Source: Eledone cirrhosa (Eukaryota). Taken from it: a DNA stretch of 64,000 bases. The notes under the pieces were generated by a model that did not search any database, was not told where the DNA came from, and saw only the letters and a list, made by a program, of their open reading frames with translations. This document shows, in pieces, positions 15,001 through 28,345 of the stretch (position 1 is the stretch's first letter; each line of letters begins with the position of its first letter). The stretch covers positions 400,582,001 to 400,646,000 of the forward strand of contig OZ024741.1 of assembly GCA_964016885.1 (NCBI GenBank). The letters are read 5' to 3'. Both the position numbers and the translations under genes were made by a program.

Positions 15001-18000
15001 CCGTTTCTCTAACTCTAAAGAAACCTAAACCCAACTCTAAATTAAACCCTATCTCTAACTCTAAAGAAACCTAAACCTAACTCTAAATTAAACCCTATCT
15101 CTAACTCTAAAGAAACCTAAACCTAACTCTAAATTAAACCGTATCTCTAACTCTAAAGAAACCTAAACCTAACTCTAAATTAAACCCTATCTCTAACTCT
15201 AAAGAAACCTAAACCTAACTCTAAATTAAACCCTATCTCTAACTCTAAAGAAACCTAAACCTAACTCTAAATTAAACCCTATCTCTAACTCTAAAGAAAC
15301 CTAAACCTAACTCTAAATTAAACCGTATCTCTAACTCTAAAGAAACCTAAACCTAACTCTAAATTAAACCCAATCTCTAACCCTAAAGAAACCTAAACCT
15401 AACTCTAAATTAAACCCTATCTCTAACTCTAAAGAAACCTAAACCTAACTCTAAATTAAACCCTATCTCTAACTCTAAAGAAACCTAAACCTAACTCTAA
15501 ATTAAACCCTATCTCTAACTCTAAAGAAACCTAAACCTAACTCTAAATTAAACCCTATCTCTAACTCTAAAGAAACCTAAACCTAACTCTAAATTAAACC
15601 CTATCTCTAACTCTAAAGAAACCTAAACCTATCTCTAAATTAAAACCTATCTCTAACTCTAAAGAAACCTAAACCTAACTCTAAATTAAACCCTATTTCT
15701 AACCCTAAAGAAACCTAAACCTAACTCTAAATTAAACCCTATCTCTAACTCTAAAGAAACCTAAACCTAACTCTAAATTAAACCCTATCTCTAACTCTAA
15801 AGAAACCTAAACCTAACTCTAAATTAAACCCTATCTCTAACTCTAAAGAAACCTAAACCTAACTCTAAATTAAAGCCTATCTCTAACTCTAAAGAAACCT
15901 AAACCTAACTCTAAATTAAACCCTATCTCTAACTCTAAAGAAACCTAAACCTAACTCTAAATGAAACCCTATCTCTAACTCTAAAGAAAGCTAAACCTAA
16001 CTCTAAATTAAACCCTATCTCTAACTCAAAAGAAACCTAAACCTAACTCTAAATTAAACCCTATCTCTAACTCTAAAGAAACCTAAACCTAACTCTAAAT
16101 TAAACCCTATCTCTATCTCTAAAGAAACCTAAACCTAACTCTAAATTAAACCCTATCTCTAACTCTAAAGAAACCTAAACCTAACTCTAAATTAAAACCT
16201 ATCTCTAACTCTAAAGAAACCTAAACCTAACTCTAAATTAAACCCTATCTCTAACTCTAAAGAAACGTAAGCCTAACTCTAAATTAAACCCTATCTCTAA
16301 CTTTAAAGAAACCTAAACCTAACTCTAAATTAAACCGTATCTCTAACTCTAAAGAAACCTAAACCTAACTCTAAATTAAACCCTATCTCTAACTCTAAAG
16401 AAACCTAAACCTAACTCTAAATTAAACCCAATCTCTAACCCTAAAGAAACCTAAACCTAACTCTAAATTAAACCCTATCTCTAACTCTAAAGAAACCTAA
16501 ACCTAACTCTAAATTAAACCCTATCTCTAACTCTAAAGAAACCTAAACCTAACTCTAAATTAAACCCTATTTCTTACCCTAAAGAAACCTAAACCTAACT
16601 CTAAATTAAACCCTATTTCTTACCCTAAAGAAACCTAAACCTAACTCTAAATTAAACCCTATCTCTAACTCTAAAGAAACCTAAACCTAACTCTAAATTA
16701 AACCCTATCTCTGACTCTAAAGAAACCTAAACCTAACTCTAAATTAAACCCTATCTCTAACTCTAAAGAAACCTAAACCTAACTCTAAATTAAACCCTAT
16801 CTCTAACTCTAAAGAAACCTAAACCTAACTCTAAATTAAACCCTATCTCTAACTCTAAAGAAACCTAAACCTAACTCTAAATTAAACCCTATCTCTAACT
16901 CTAAAGAAACCTAAACCTAACTCTAAATTAAATCCTATCTCTAAATCTAAAGAAACCTAAACCTAACTCTAAATTAAAACCTATCTCTAACTCTAAAGAA
17001 ACCTAAACCTAACTCTAAATTAAACCCTATTTCTAACCCTAAAGAAACCTAAACCTAACTCTAAATTAAACCCTATCTCTAACTCTAAAGAAACCTAAAC
17101 CTAACTCTAAATTAAACCCTATCACTAACTCTAAAGAAACCTAAACCTAACTCTAAATTAAACCCTATCTCTAACTCTAAAGAAACCTAAACCTAACTCT
17201 AAATTAAACCCTATCTCTAACTCTAAAGAAACCTAAACCTAACTCTAAATTAAACCCTATCTCTAACTCTAAAGAAACCTAAACCTAACTCTAAATTAAA
17301 CCCTATCTCTAACTCTAAAGTAACCTAAACCTAATTCTAAATTAAACCCTATCTCTAACTCTAAAGAAACCTAAACCTAACTCTAAATTAAACCCTATCT
17401 CTAACTCTAAAGAAACCTAAACCTAACTCTAAATTAAACCCTATCTCTAAATCTAAAGAAACCTAAACCTGACTCTAAATTAAAACCTATCTCTAACTCT
17501 AAAGAAACCTAAACCTAACTCTAAATTAAACCCTATTTCTAACCCTAAAGAAACCTAAACCTAACTCTAAATTAAACCCTATCTCTAACTCTAAAGAAAC
17601 CTAAACCTAACTCTAAATTAAACCCTATCTCTAACTCTAAAGTAACCTAAACCTAATTCTAAATTAAACCCTATCTCTAACTCTAAAGAAACCTAAACCT
17701 AACTCTAAATTAAACCCTATCTCTAACTCTAAAGAAACCTAAACCTAACTCTAAATTAAACCCTATTTCTAACCCTAAAGAAACCTAAACCTAACTCTAA
17801 ATTAAACCCTATCTCTAACTCTAAAGAAACCTAAACCTAACTCTAAATTAAACCCTATCTCTAACTCTAAAGAAACCTAAACCTAACTCTAAATTAAACC
17901 CTATCTCTAACTCTAAAGAAACCTAAACCTAACTCTAAATTAAAGCCTATCTCTAACTCTAAAGAAACCTAAACCTAACTCTAAATTAAACCCTATCTCT

Positions 18001-21000
18001 AACTCTAAAGAAACCTAAACCTAACTCTAAATGAAACCCTATCTCTAACTCTAAAGAAAGCTAAACCTAACTCTAAATTAAACCCTATCTCTAACTCTAA
18101 AGAAACCTAAACCTAACTCTAAATTAAACCCTATCTCTAACTCTAAAGAAACCTAAACCTAACTCTAAATTAAACCCTATCTCTAACTCTAAAGAAACCT
18201 AAACCTAACTCTAAATTAAACCCTATCTCTAACTCTAAAGAAACCTAAACCTAACTCTAAATTAAACCCTATCTCTAACTCTAAAGAAACCTAAACCTAT
18301 CTCTAAATTAAAACCTATCTCTAACTCTAAAGAAACCTAAACCTAACTCTAAATTAAACCCTATTTCTAACCCTAAAGAAACCTAAACCTAACTCTAAAT
18401 TAAACCCTATCTCTAACTCTAAAGAAACCTAAACCTAACTCTAAATTAAACCCTATCTCTAACTCTAAAGAAACCTAAACCTAACTCTAAATTAAACCCT
18501 ATCTCTAACTCTAAAGAAACCTAAACCTAACTCTAAATTAAAGCCTATCTCTAACTCTAAAGAAACCTAAACCTAACTCTAAATTAAACCCTATCTCTAA
18601 CTCTAAAGAAACCTAAACCTAACTCTAAATGAAACCCTATCTCTAACTCTAAAGAAAGCTAAACCTAACTCTAAATTAAACCCTATCTCTAACTCAAAAG
18701 AAACCTAAACCTAACTCTAAATTAAACCCTATCTCTAACTCTAAAGAAACCTAAACCTAACTCTAAATTAAACCCTATCTCTATCTCTAAAGAAACCTAA
18801 ACCTAACTCTAAATTAAACCCTATCTCTAACTCTAAAGAAACCTAAACCTAACTCTAAATTAAACCCTATCTCTAACTCTAAAGAAACCTAAACCTAACT
18901 CTAAATTAAACCCTATCTCTAACTCTAAAGAAACTTAAGCCTAACTCTAAATTAAACCCTATCTCTAACTCTAAAGAAACCTAAACCTAACTCTAAATTA
19001 AACCGTATCTCTAACTCTAAATAAACCTAAACCTAACTCTAAATTAAACCCTATCTCTAACTCTAAAGAAACCTAAACCTAACTCTAAATTAAACCCAAT
19101 CTCTAACCCTAAAGAAACCTAAACCTAACTCTAAATTAAACCCTATCTCTAACTCTAAAGAAACCTAAACCTAACTCTAAATTAAACCCTATCTCTAACT
19201 CTAAAGAAACCTAAACCTAACTCTAAATTAAACCCTATCTCTAACTCTAAAGAAACCTAAACCTAACTCTAAATGAAACCCTATCTCTAACTCTAAAGAA
19301 AGCTAAACCTAACTCTAAATTAAACCCTATCTCTAACTCAAAAGAAACCTAAACCTAACTCTAAATTAAACCCTATCTCTATCTCTAAAGAAACCTAAAC
19401 CTAACTCTAAATTAAACCCTATCTCTATCTCTAAAGAAACCTAAACCTAACTCTAAATTAAACCCTATCTCTAACTCTAAAGAAACCTAAACCTAACTCT
19501 AAATTAAACCCTATCTCTAACTCTAAAGAAACCTAAACCTAACTCTAAATTAAACCCTATCTCTAACTCTAAAGAAACTTAAGCCTAACTCTAAATTAAA
19601 CCCTATCTCTAACTCTAAAGAAACCTAAACCTAACTCTAAATTAAACCGTATCTCTAACTCTAAAGAAACCTAAACCTAACTCTAAATTAAACCCTATCT
19701 CTAACTCTAAAGAAACCTAAACCTAACTCTAAATTAAACCCAATCTCTAACCCTAAAGAAACCTAAACCTAACTCTAAATTAAACCCTATCTCTAACTCT
19801 AAAGAAACCTAAACCTAACTCTAAATTAAACCCTATCTCTAACTCTAAAGAAACCTAAACCTAACTCTAAATTAAACCCTATCTCTAACTCTAAAGAAAC
19901 CTAAACCTAACTCTAAATTAAACCCTATCTCTAACTCTAAAGAAACCTAAACCTAACTCTAAATTAAACCCTATCTCTAACCCTAAAGAAACCTAAATGT
20001 AACTCTAAATTAAACCCTATCTCTAACTCTAAAGAAACCTAAACCTAACTCTAAATTAAACCCTATCTCTAACTCTACAGAAACCTAAACCTAACTCTAA
20101 ATTAAACCCTATCTCTAACTCTAAAGAAACCTAAACCTAACTCTAAATTAAACCCTATCTCTAACTCTAAAGAAACCTAAACCTAACTCTAAATTAAACC
20201 CTATCTCTAACTCTAAAGAAACCTAAACCTAACTCTAAATTAAACCCTATCTCTAACTCTAAAGAAACCTAAACCTAACTCTAAATTAAACCCTATCTCT
20301 AACTCTAAAGAAACCTAAACCTAACTCTAAATTAAACCCTATCTCTAACTCTAAAGAAACCTAAACCTAACTCTAAATTAAACCCTATCTCTAACTCTAC
20401 AGAAACCTAAACCTAACTCTAAATTAAACCCTATCTCTAACTCTAAAGAAACCTAAACCTAACTCTAAATTAAACCCTATCTCTAACTCTAAAGAAACCT
20501 AAACCTAACTCTAAATTAAACCCTATCTCTAACTCTAAAGAAACCTAAACCTAACTCTAAATTAAACCCTATCTCTAACTCTAAAGAAACCTAAACCTAA
20601 CTCTAAATTAAACCCTATCTCTAACTCTAAAGAAACCTAAACCTAACTCTAAATTAAACCCTATCTCTAACTCTAAAGAAACCTAAACCTAACTCTAAAT
20701 TAAACCCTATCTCTAACTCTAAAGAAACCTAAACCTAACTCTAAATTAAACCCTATCTCTAACTCTAAAGAAACTTAAGCCAAACTCTAAATTAAACCCT
20801 ATCTCTAACTCTAAAGAAACCTAAACCTAACTCTAAATTAAACCGTATCTCTAACTCTAAAGAAACCTAAACCTAACTCTAAATTAAACCCTATCTCTAA
20901 CTCTAAAGAAACCTAAACCTAACTCTAAACTAAACCCAATCTCTAACCCTAAAGGAACCTAAACCTAACTCTAAATTAAACCCTATCTCTAACTCTAAAG

Positions 21001-21848
21001 AAACCTAAACCTAACTCTAAATTAAACCCTATCTCTAACTCTAAAGAAACCTAAACCTAACTCTAAATTAAACCCTATCTCTAACTCTAAAGAAACCTAA
21101 ACCTAACTCTAAATTAAACCCTATCTCTAACTCTAAAGAAACCTAAACCTAACTCTAAATTAAACCCTATCTCTAACTCTAAAGAAACCTAAACCTAACT
21201 CTAAATTAAACCCTATCTCTAACCCTAAAGAAACCTAAACGTAACTCTAAATTAAACCCTATCTCTAACTCTAAAGAAACCTAAACCTAACTCTAAATTA
21301 AACCCTATCTCTAACTCTAAAGAAACCTAAACCTAACTCTAAATTAAACCCTATCTCTAACTCTAAAGAAACCTAAACCTAACTCTAAATTAAACCCTAT
21401 CTCTAACTCTAAAGAAACCTAAACCTAACTCTAAATTAAACCCTATCTCTAACTCTAAAGAAACCTAAACCTAACTCTAAATTAAACCCAATCTCTAACT
21501 CTAAAGAAACCTAAACCTAACTCTAAATTAAACCCTATCTCTAACTCTAAAGAAACCTAAACCTAACTCTAAATTAAAGCCTATCTCTAACCCTAAAGAA
21601 ACCTAAACCTAACTCTAAATTAAAGCCTATCTCTAACCCTAAAGAAACCTAAACCTAACTCTAAATTAAACCCTATCTCTAACTCTAAAGAAACCTAAAC
21701 CTAACTCTAAATTAAAGACTATCTCTAACCCTAAAGAAACTTAAACCTAACTCTAAATTAAACCCTATCTCTAACTCTAAAGAAACCTAAACCTAACTCT
21801 AAATTAAAGCCTATCTCTAACCCTAAAGAAACCTAAACCTAACTCTAA
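1..21848. repeat. 46-bp tandem satellite (~475 monomers) built from degenerate telomere-like CCCTAA hexamers; runs off the left edge
   Basis: Consensus TAAACCCTATCTCTAACTCTAAAGAAACCTAAACCTAACTCTAAAT; monomer start recurs at 1, 1381, 2761 ... 20701 and 21805 (all 1+46n); only substitution variants seen. Confidence 0.98.
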
Positions 21849-21977
21849 TCTTAACGTGTATATATCCAATAAACTCGGTAAATTGGACGAGATATTTTCC
21901 TTTTCTTATTTCAAGATCTTTTACCAATGTTTCCCATCGTATTCGTCCTAAACATCAGCTCAATCTTTGGTAAATTT

Positions 21978-22526
21978 ATATCCCCCACCCCACCCCACCC
22001 TCACCATCGATTTCAGTGGGAAATAATTATTTTTCCCGGTTTTTTTTTTTTTTGTGTGTGTTTGTTTTCGTGTGCCATCAATTAAATTTAGCTCTGAACA
22101 TATTGCAAAGGACTTTTTCCTTGGGAAACGGAGGTGGGAGACGAGAGACTCTAGGACATTTTACCCCCACCCAGAAGTTTTCTTACCTCGTTTTTTTTTT
22201 TTTGTTCGTGTGTTACCGACTAATCTTACCTCTGAATATGTTGCAAAGCACTTTTCCCCCGGAAAACGGGGGTGGGGAAGTGTGCGGGGTCTCTCAGATC
22301 TGCCCATCTCCAGGAGTTTTCTTTATCCTCTAACTCTAGTCCTAACACAATCTTAACCCTAACCTCGGGGGAGGTGGTGCGAAACGTCCAAGAAACCCCT
22401 CTCCACCCTCTGTTTCTGTTTTCCGGAGGGAAAGTCCCTTGCAACATCTTCGAATGTAAGATTAATGGATAGCACAGAAAAAAAGAGGAAAAAATAATTA
22501 CTTCCCACTGAAATCATGGGGGATAT
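21978..22526. mobile_element. MITE/foldback-like non-autonomous DNA element
   Basis: GATTTCAGTGGGAAATAATTATTTT (22009-22033) is inverted to 22491-22515; ATATCCCCCA/TGGGGGATAT outer match; internal ~120-bp subrepeats (two direct, one inverted); telomere-like CTCTAACTCTAG...AACCCTAACC at ~22328-22364. Confidence 0.55.
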
Positions 22527-22533
22527 CTTTCTA

Positions 22534-22660
22534 TAATAATTGTTTCTACTTTTGGCACAAGGCAAGTAATTACTCAGTACATTACTGGTACTTTAGTTTA
22601 TCAACTCCGTAAGAATGAAAGGCAAAGTTAACTCAAACCATAAAGGGCCGTAACTCTATG
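22534..22660 (-). mobile_element. tRNA-derived SINE, internally deleted copy
   Basis: Homologous to 22691-22882 (TTGGCACAAGG...CTGGTACTT...GAAAGGCAAAGTTAAC). Confidence 0.7.
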
Positions 22661-22690
22661 CTGGAAAAGTCTTAAGAAAGGTTATATTTT

Positions 22691-22882
22691 AATAATTGTT
22701 TCTACTTTTGGCACAAGGTCAGCAAATTACATAGTTCATTACTGGTATCTTATTTTATCTACCACGTAAGGGTGAAAGGCAAACTTAACCTCGGCGGGAT
22801 TTGAACTCAGAATGGAAAGGGCCGTAATTCTATGCGTCAAAGCATGACGTCCGACCCTCTACCGACACTGCCATTCCACCGT
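22691..22882 (-). mobile_element. tRNA-derived SINE with Meta-like central domain
   Basis: Minus strand has B-box-like GAGTTCAAATCCC followed by TTTGCCTTTCACCCTTACG...ATAAAATAAGATACCAG; five related copies in the window. Confidence 0.8.
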
Positions 22883-22952
22883 GGTCAAGGACACACTATG
22901 TTTCAAAAGACCAGGTGGTCATGGTCGGAATAGCTTTGACAAATGGTGAACC

Positions 22953-23860
22953 CCACCACCACAACTACCACCACCACCACCACCAACACCAACACCACCA
23001 ACACCACCACCACCACTACAACCACCACCGCAACCACCACCACCACCACCACAACCACCACCAACACCAACACCACCAACACCACCACCACCAACACCAC
23101 CACCACAACCATCACAACCACCACCACCACCACCACCACAACCACCACCACCACCACCAACGCCACAACCACCACCAACACCAACACCACCAACACCACC
23201 ACCACCACCACCACCACCACCACCACCACAACCACCACCACCACCACCAACGCCACAACCACCACCAACACCAACACCACCAACACCACCACCACCACCA
23301 CCACCACCACCACCACCACAACCACCACCACAACCAACCAACACCAACACCAACACCACCAACACCACCACAACTACCACCACCACCACCACCAAAACCA
23401 TCACAACCACCAACACACCACCACAACCACCACCACCACCACCACAACCACCACCAACACCACGAGCACCACCACCACAACCACCACCAACACCAACACC
23501 ACCACCACCACCACAACCACCACCAACACCACCACCACCAACACCACCACAACCACCACCACCACAACCACCACCAACACCACCACAACCGCCACCACCA
23601 CAACCACCACCACCACAACAACCACCATCATAACCACCACAACCACCACCTCCACCACAACCACCACCACCACCACCACAACCACCACCACCACCACAAC
23701 CACCACCACCACCAACACCACCACCACCACAACCACCACCACCACCACAACCACCACCACAACCACCACCAACACCACCACCACAACCACCACCACAACC
23801 AACACCACAGCCACCACCACCACAACCACCACCACGACCACCACCACCAACACCACCAGC
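22953..23860. repeat. (CAC/CAA)n degenerate trinucleotide microsatellite
   Basis: Visible ACC/ACA repeats; source of the poly-His/Thr/Val/Gly/Trp ORFs. Confidence 0.95.
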
Positions 23861-23901
23861 AAAAAAAGATAGTAGTCCCGACCAGGTGAGATATATAATG
23901 T

Positions 23902-23957
23902 CACACATACTATACACACATACATCATACATACACACACACACATACACACACACA

Positions 23958-23999
<42 letters not shown>

Positions 24000-24091
24000 C
24001 AGACACATACATACATACACACACACAGACACTTATACATACATACGCAAACAGACACTCACGCACACATACATACACCCATACATAGATA
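23902..24091. repeat. (CA)n/(CATA)n microsatellite
   Basis: Direct inspection. Confidence 0.9.
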
Positions 24092-27000
24092 TATTTCTCT
24101 ATTTACCATAAAAGCATAAAAAGAAGGGACAAATACAAAGGGGGAGTTTACATACAATCGAGTAAAAAGGGTATAAAATGAAAATAATCGAAAATAACCT
24201 CAAAAGGGAGGGGACGTGATGGGGGTTGCACCCCCCCCCCCCCGAAAAAGTGTGCAATCCTTTGCCCGGGGAGCACATGGAGAAGGTGCTCCCCTCTCCT
24301 TTACTTCTTTACCTACAGGATGGTATACAGAGAAGGCCCATTTACACGAGCCATTCTCGCCACTATCACCCACCTTTCATAAAACTGCCTGTGGCCAAGC
24401 ACCTCTCTCTCCATTCTTATCCTTCTTCCGAAGTGATATCGGAAGAAGTAGACCAGACTATGGCCAGAGAGGAAGTTGCCTGACCTCAGACCTTTCAATC
24501 GTGTCCACCAAACAACCTCTTTCAACATGGCTATTACGCACAGAAAAACCGCCTTTGCTTCCTTTGTGAAGAGGGGAGGCGGTTTGATTGTCATCACGGA
24601 CTCGGCGGTCAATTGAATCGGCGCCACCCGCGACAGCAGTCGTTCGGCGTAGCCCCATAGATCAGCCACGCCCGGACATTGCACCAATGCGTGCGCAACG
24701 GTTTCTTCGTGACGCACGCATCTAGGGCAAATCTTTTTTGAGGGATCCCTGCCCGGGCGCCCGTGTCTGTAGAGCCTCTCTCGAACGGGTAGAGCTCCTC
24801 GGTAGCACTGCCAGGCCAGTGACTTCTGGAAGTTGTCCATTGGTCCTGGGCCGAAAGTCCTACCGAACAGGCTGGCCAGTTCGTCTTCTTCCATGTCCAG
24901 CGACTCTCCAAGGGTGTCATCGCCCCTGCTAGCCACCAGCCCTCTATAGAATGATGAGATGGATTCTCCACCGATGGCCTGGCCCGCTTGCCAGAGAGCC
25001 CTGAGCGCCTGAGCACACTCAGTGTGCCAGTCTCCCAGTTTTCCGGATCTTTGCTTGACCCAGGACTGTAGCTCGGTGAGCGAGACGAGTCTCGGAAAGG
25101 CTCGTTTCACGAACGGAGCCCACACCGGTTGACCAGTGAGGAATACCTGTAGGTGCCGTAGCCTTAATGCGTGCCTACGCATCATCAACCACGGCATCCC
25201 CAGCCCTCCTTTCGAAGGTTGTTGGCAGCAGATGGATCTTCTCACCATAGGAGAGCGCTTCTTCCAAAGAAATTGGAAGAGTATGCGTTCCATGGTGGTG
25301 AGTGTTTCCTTAGGGCAAGGCACGACAGTCAGGCGGTAGTAAGTGACGGACGCTATGTAAATGTTCGCCACCTCCGCCCGGCCTTTTAGGGACAGCTTAC
25401 ACTTGGCCCATTTCTGGGTTAGTGCAAACACCTTGTTCGTAACCTCGTTCCAGTTCTTTTCCACCTGGAGGTCCGGTCCAAACCAGACCCCAAGCAACTT
25501 TACCGGGCCCTCCGTCCAGTGTCCGACGACACCGTCGGGAGGCATCGGTCTGCCTCTCCACGTTCCGAGTTGCAGCCCGATGGATTTTTCCCGGTTCAGT
25601 TTCGCTCCTGACAACCTTTCGTAATCCTCCAGTAAGGTACCGATCGCCTCGATCTCCGAGTCGGTCGATACCATTACTGTTACGTCATCGGCGTAGGCCG
25701 ACACCGCTTTGCTCAATCCTGGTTCCAGGGGGATACCCTGCAACAACTCCAACTTCCTCAGTAAAGGCTCGAGAGTCAATACGTACAGAAGGAAGGAGAG
25801 AGGGCACCCCTGTCGAATGGATCGTGTGATTTCGAACGGCTTCGAAAGGTAGCCGTTCACCTTGATCCTAGAACAGATGTGGTTGCTATGTAAGGCAGTG
25901 ATCCAGCCTCTGAAAACAGGACCGAACCCAGCCGCCGCTAGCACCGCATCCAGGTAACCATGGTCGACCCTATCGAAGGCCTTAGACTGATCCAAGTTGA
26001 TCAGGGCCCCACCGAAGCCGGGTTTGTTGCCAACCCTTTCTATGATGTATCGCATGAGGTGGAGGTTATCGTGAATGGACCTGGATGGGATAGCATATGT
26101 CTGCGCATCTCCCACCAGGCCACCCACGACAAGCGCCAACCTCTTTGCTAACACCTTGGCCAAAATCTTTAACTCTGTGTTTAGCAGGGTTATGGGCCGA
26201 AAATTATTTATACTATCTCCCTTGTTCTCGTCCTTCCTCACCAGCGTGACTACGCCCTTGGCTACAGAACAAGGAATTCTCCCGTTCTGCTGCCAATTGC
26301 AGTAGACCGCTTCGAGGAGTTCGGAGAAGACGACCGGCATTGCTAAATAAAGTTCGTAAGGTATACCATCGAGACCTGGAGATTTGCGTCTGCTGCATTG
26401 GCTCAGCGCATCTCCGATCTCATCAGCCGAGATTGGTCCCTCGCAGGACTCTGCCTCTTCGCTCGAGAGACGCGGCAGGCCGTCGAGGTATGGACCGAAA
26501 TCCACGTCCCCGCCCGGACCCTCGCCTCCCCCGAACAATCGGGCAAAGTGCCTTTGAAAGGCCTCGCACATCTGCTTAGGCTCCCGGATCACCCGTCCAT
26601 CTTCGTCTTGCAACGACCGGATGGTGGATCGATTTCCACTCTTAGCTTCTGTCACGCGGGCCCAGCCAACGGCTTTGGTCCCCTAATTACCTAGAGCACG
26701 TATTTTACTTCGAATGACGCAGCCTTCGTGCTTTGCATCGAAAAACTGGTTCAAGGCCGTCCTCGATGCCAGCACTCTGGCCACATCTTCGCTCTTGATT
26801 GCCTCTTTTAATTTACCTGTTAATTCTTTCTCGTTTCTATTCCTATCGGCAGCTAACATCTTGCTATAACTTATTGATTCTGTTTTAATCTCTCTTTTGA
26901 GAGATGCCCACCATCGGTTGTTGACGATTGCATCCGTCAACCTCTCCTTAACTAATCTGCTAATCCGGTTTCTGTAAGTCTCTTTTGCCGGTAAAGACAA

Positions 27001-27967
27001 ATTAAGTTTCCAGTAACCGGGACCCTGTTTATGTGTTTTCTCGAGATTGACTACGCAGGTCACTAATTTGTGATCCGTGTAGCCAACCGTCCGCATTTCT
27101 GGACAGCTTAATATGTCCCTATCCTTACTTCTAACTAAGAATCTATCTAAGTACGATCTAGATTGACCACTGTGGTTTCTCCAAATCCAGGTAGGCACAG
27201 TTGGAAAATCTAGTCGATATCTATCGACCAAGTTAAAACGGTCGAGTAACCCCTTGAGGCTGTTACACCCCCCTCTATTGGGACATGCTCCTGCATAGTC
27301 CCAACATGCATCTAGGATGTCATTCCAATCCCCCGCTAGAAGCAGGGAACGCGACGTTCCCAGAAAAGTCTCTAACCGCTGGAAGAAGTCGGGCCGTTCA
27401 GCTCCGAAAGGGGAGTAGACAGCGACAAGTCTTAAAGCCGCACCTTCACTACTACCAACGTCTAGCACCAACAAACGACCCTCCGGGTCCGAGTGCACAA
27501 CCTGTACGGCAAGACCCAGGTGTTTTTGCAGCAGTACGACAACCCCACCCCCACCTCCAGGTTGACAGAGAGATGCATGCACCTCAAAGTCATCGAAGGT
27601 AGGGGCCAGCTGCCGCACGACGCTGATCCGAGTCTCACAGATAACCATTACATTTATACCACATGACCTGAGGTCATTTAGAAGCTTTGCTTGCTTCCAA
27701 GTCGAGCCCAGGCCACGTGCATTCAAACATCCTACTCTTAACATGTGGGCGGCAGAGCCAAAGGAGAGTGTAGAGACCTACCTTTCCGCTTCCCGGGGTT
27801 CGGGTCGCACGACTTCCATGGGGTCGGGGGTGTTGTGTGAAGGGGTGTCTTGTGGTGGTGTGGGGTCGTCAGTGTGTGGTGGGGTTGAGGTGTTTGGAGT
27901 TGTGTTGGGGAGGGGAAGGGGAGGGGGAAAGCTTTTTAGTAGGACGCGGTTTATGGGTTTGACAGAG
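24092..27967 (-). mobile_element. 5'-truncated Tx1/L1-clade LINE (end of putative ORF1, full-length ORF2, 3' UTR)
   Basis: 20-bp TSD CATACACCCATACATAGATA at 24072-24091 and 27968-27987; APE + RT + C-terminal Cys/His zinc-finger ORF2. Confidence 0.92.
24313..27744 (-). pseudogene. Tx1/L1 ORF2 (AP endonuclease - reverse transcriptase - zinc finger), ~1143 codons, broken by one in-frame TAG at 26683-26685
   Basis: APE motifs LNARGL, ICET, AGDWN, SYLDRF, TDHK; RT motifs KSPGLDG, FRPITLLN, DQSKAFDRV, RQGCPLS, YADD; CPRC..H....C; ORFs 26683-27744 and 24313-26655 share a frame (offset 1089). Confidence 0.92.
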
Positions 27968-27987
27968 CATACACCCATACATAGATA

Positions 27988-28090
27988 GGTAGGTAGAAAG
28001 GTAGATAGGTAGGTAGATATCTTTCTTTATTTGCCACAGGGGCGTACAAAAATGGGACATTACAAGACGTGACGGCGGGGCTTTTACATA
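27988..28090 (-). mobile_element. 3' tail of an older Tx1-type copy with AATAAA and (CTAC)n tail
   Basis: Minus strand TTGTAATGTCCC...GTGGCAAATAAAGAAAGATATCTACCTACC resembles the 3' end at 24092-24140. Confidence 0.6.
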
Positions 28091-28211
28091 AAAATCATAT
28101 AACTTTAACATTAATAAATAACAATAAACTATATATAGCTATCCAAACGGAACCTGAACCGATAAGGTCTGGTTTCTGGATATGTCAATATTTATAAAAC
28201 AAATTTTGTAT

Positions 28212-28270
28212 TTTATCTGATGAGGGCGTACCAAAGTGTTTGGTACCCTTGAAATCTAAACTATAATAAA
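28212..28270 (+). ncRNA. Type I hammerhead ribozyme motif (weak stem III)
   Basis: TTTAT-CTGATGA-GGGCGTACCAAA(GTG)TTTGGTACCCTT-GAAA-TCTAAACT-ATA-ATAAA; flanks homologous to the element at 58953-59273. Confidence 0.6.
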
Positions 28271-28345
28271 GTAAGAAGCGCGGGATTGCGTATGGTTTAT
28301 AATATGTTTATCCCCTTAGTAAAATAAGTTAGATTACTTTGAATA

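Noticed and set aside
1-21848. True telomere
   Set aside because: No uninterrupted (CCCTAA)n; fixed 46-bp complex monomer
22903-24119. Long poly-His/Thr/Val/Gly/Trp ORFs
   Set aside because: Stop-free reading of the (CAC)n and (CA)n microsatellites; no gene structure
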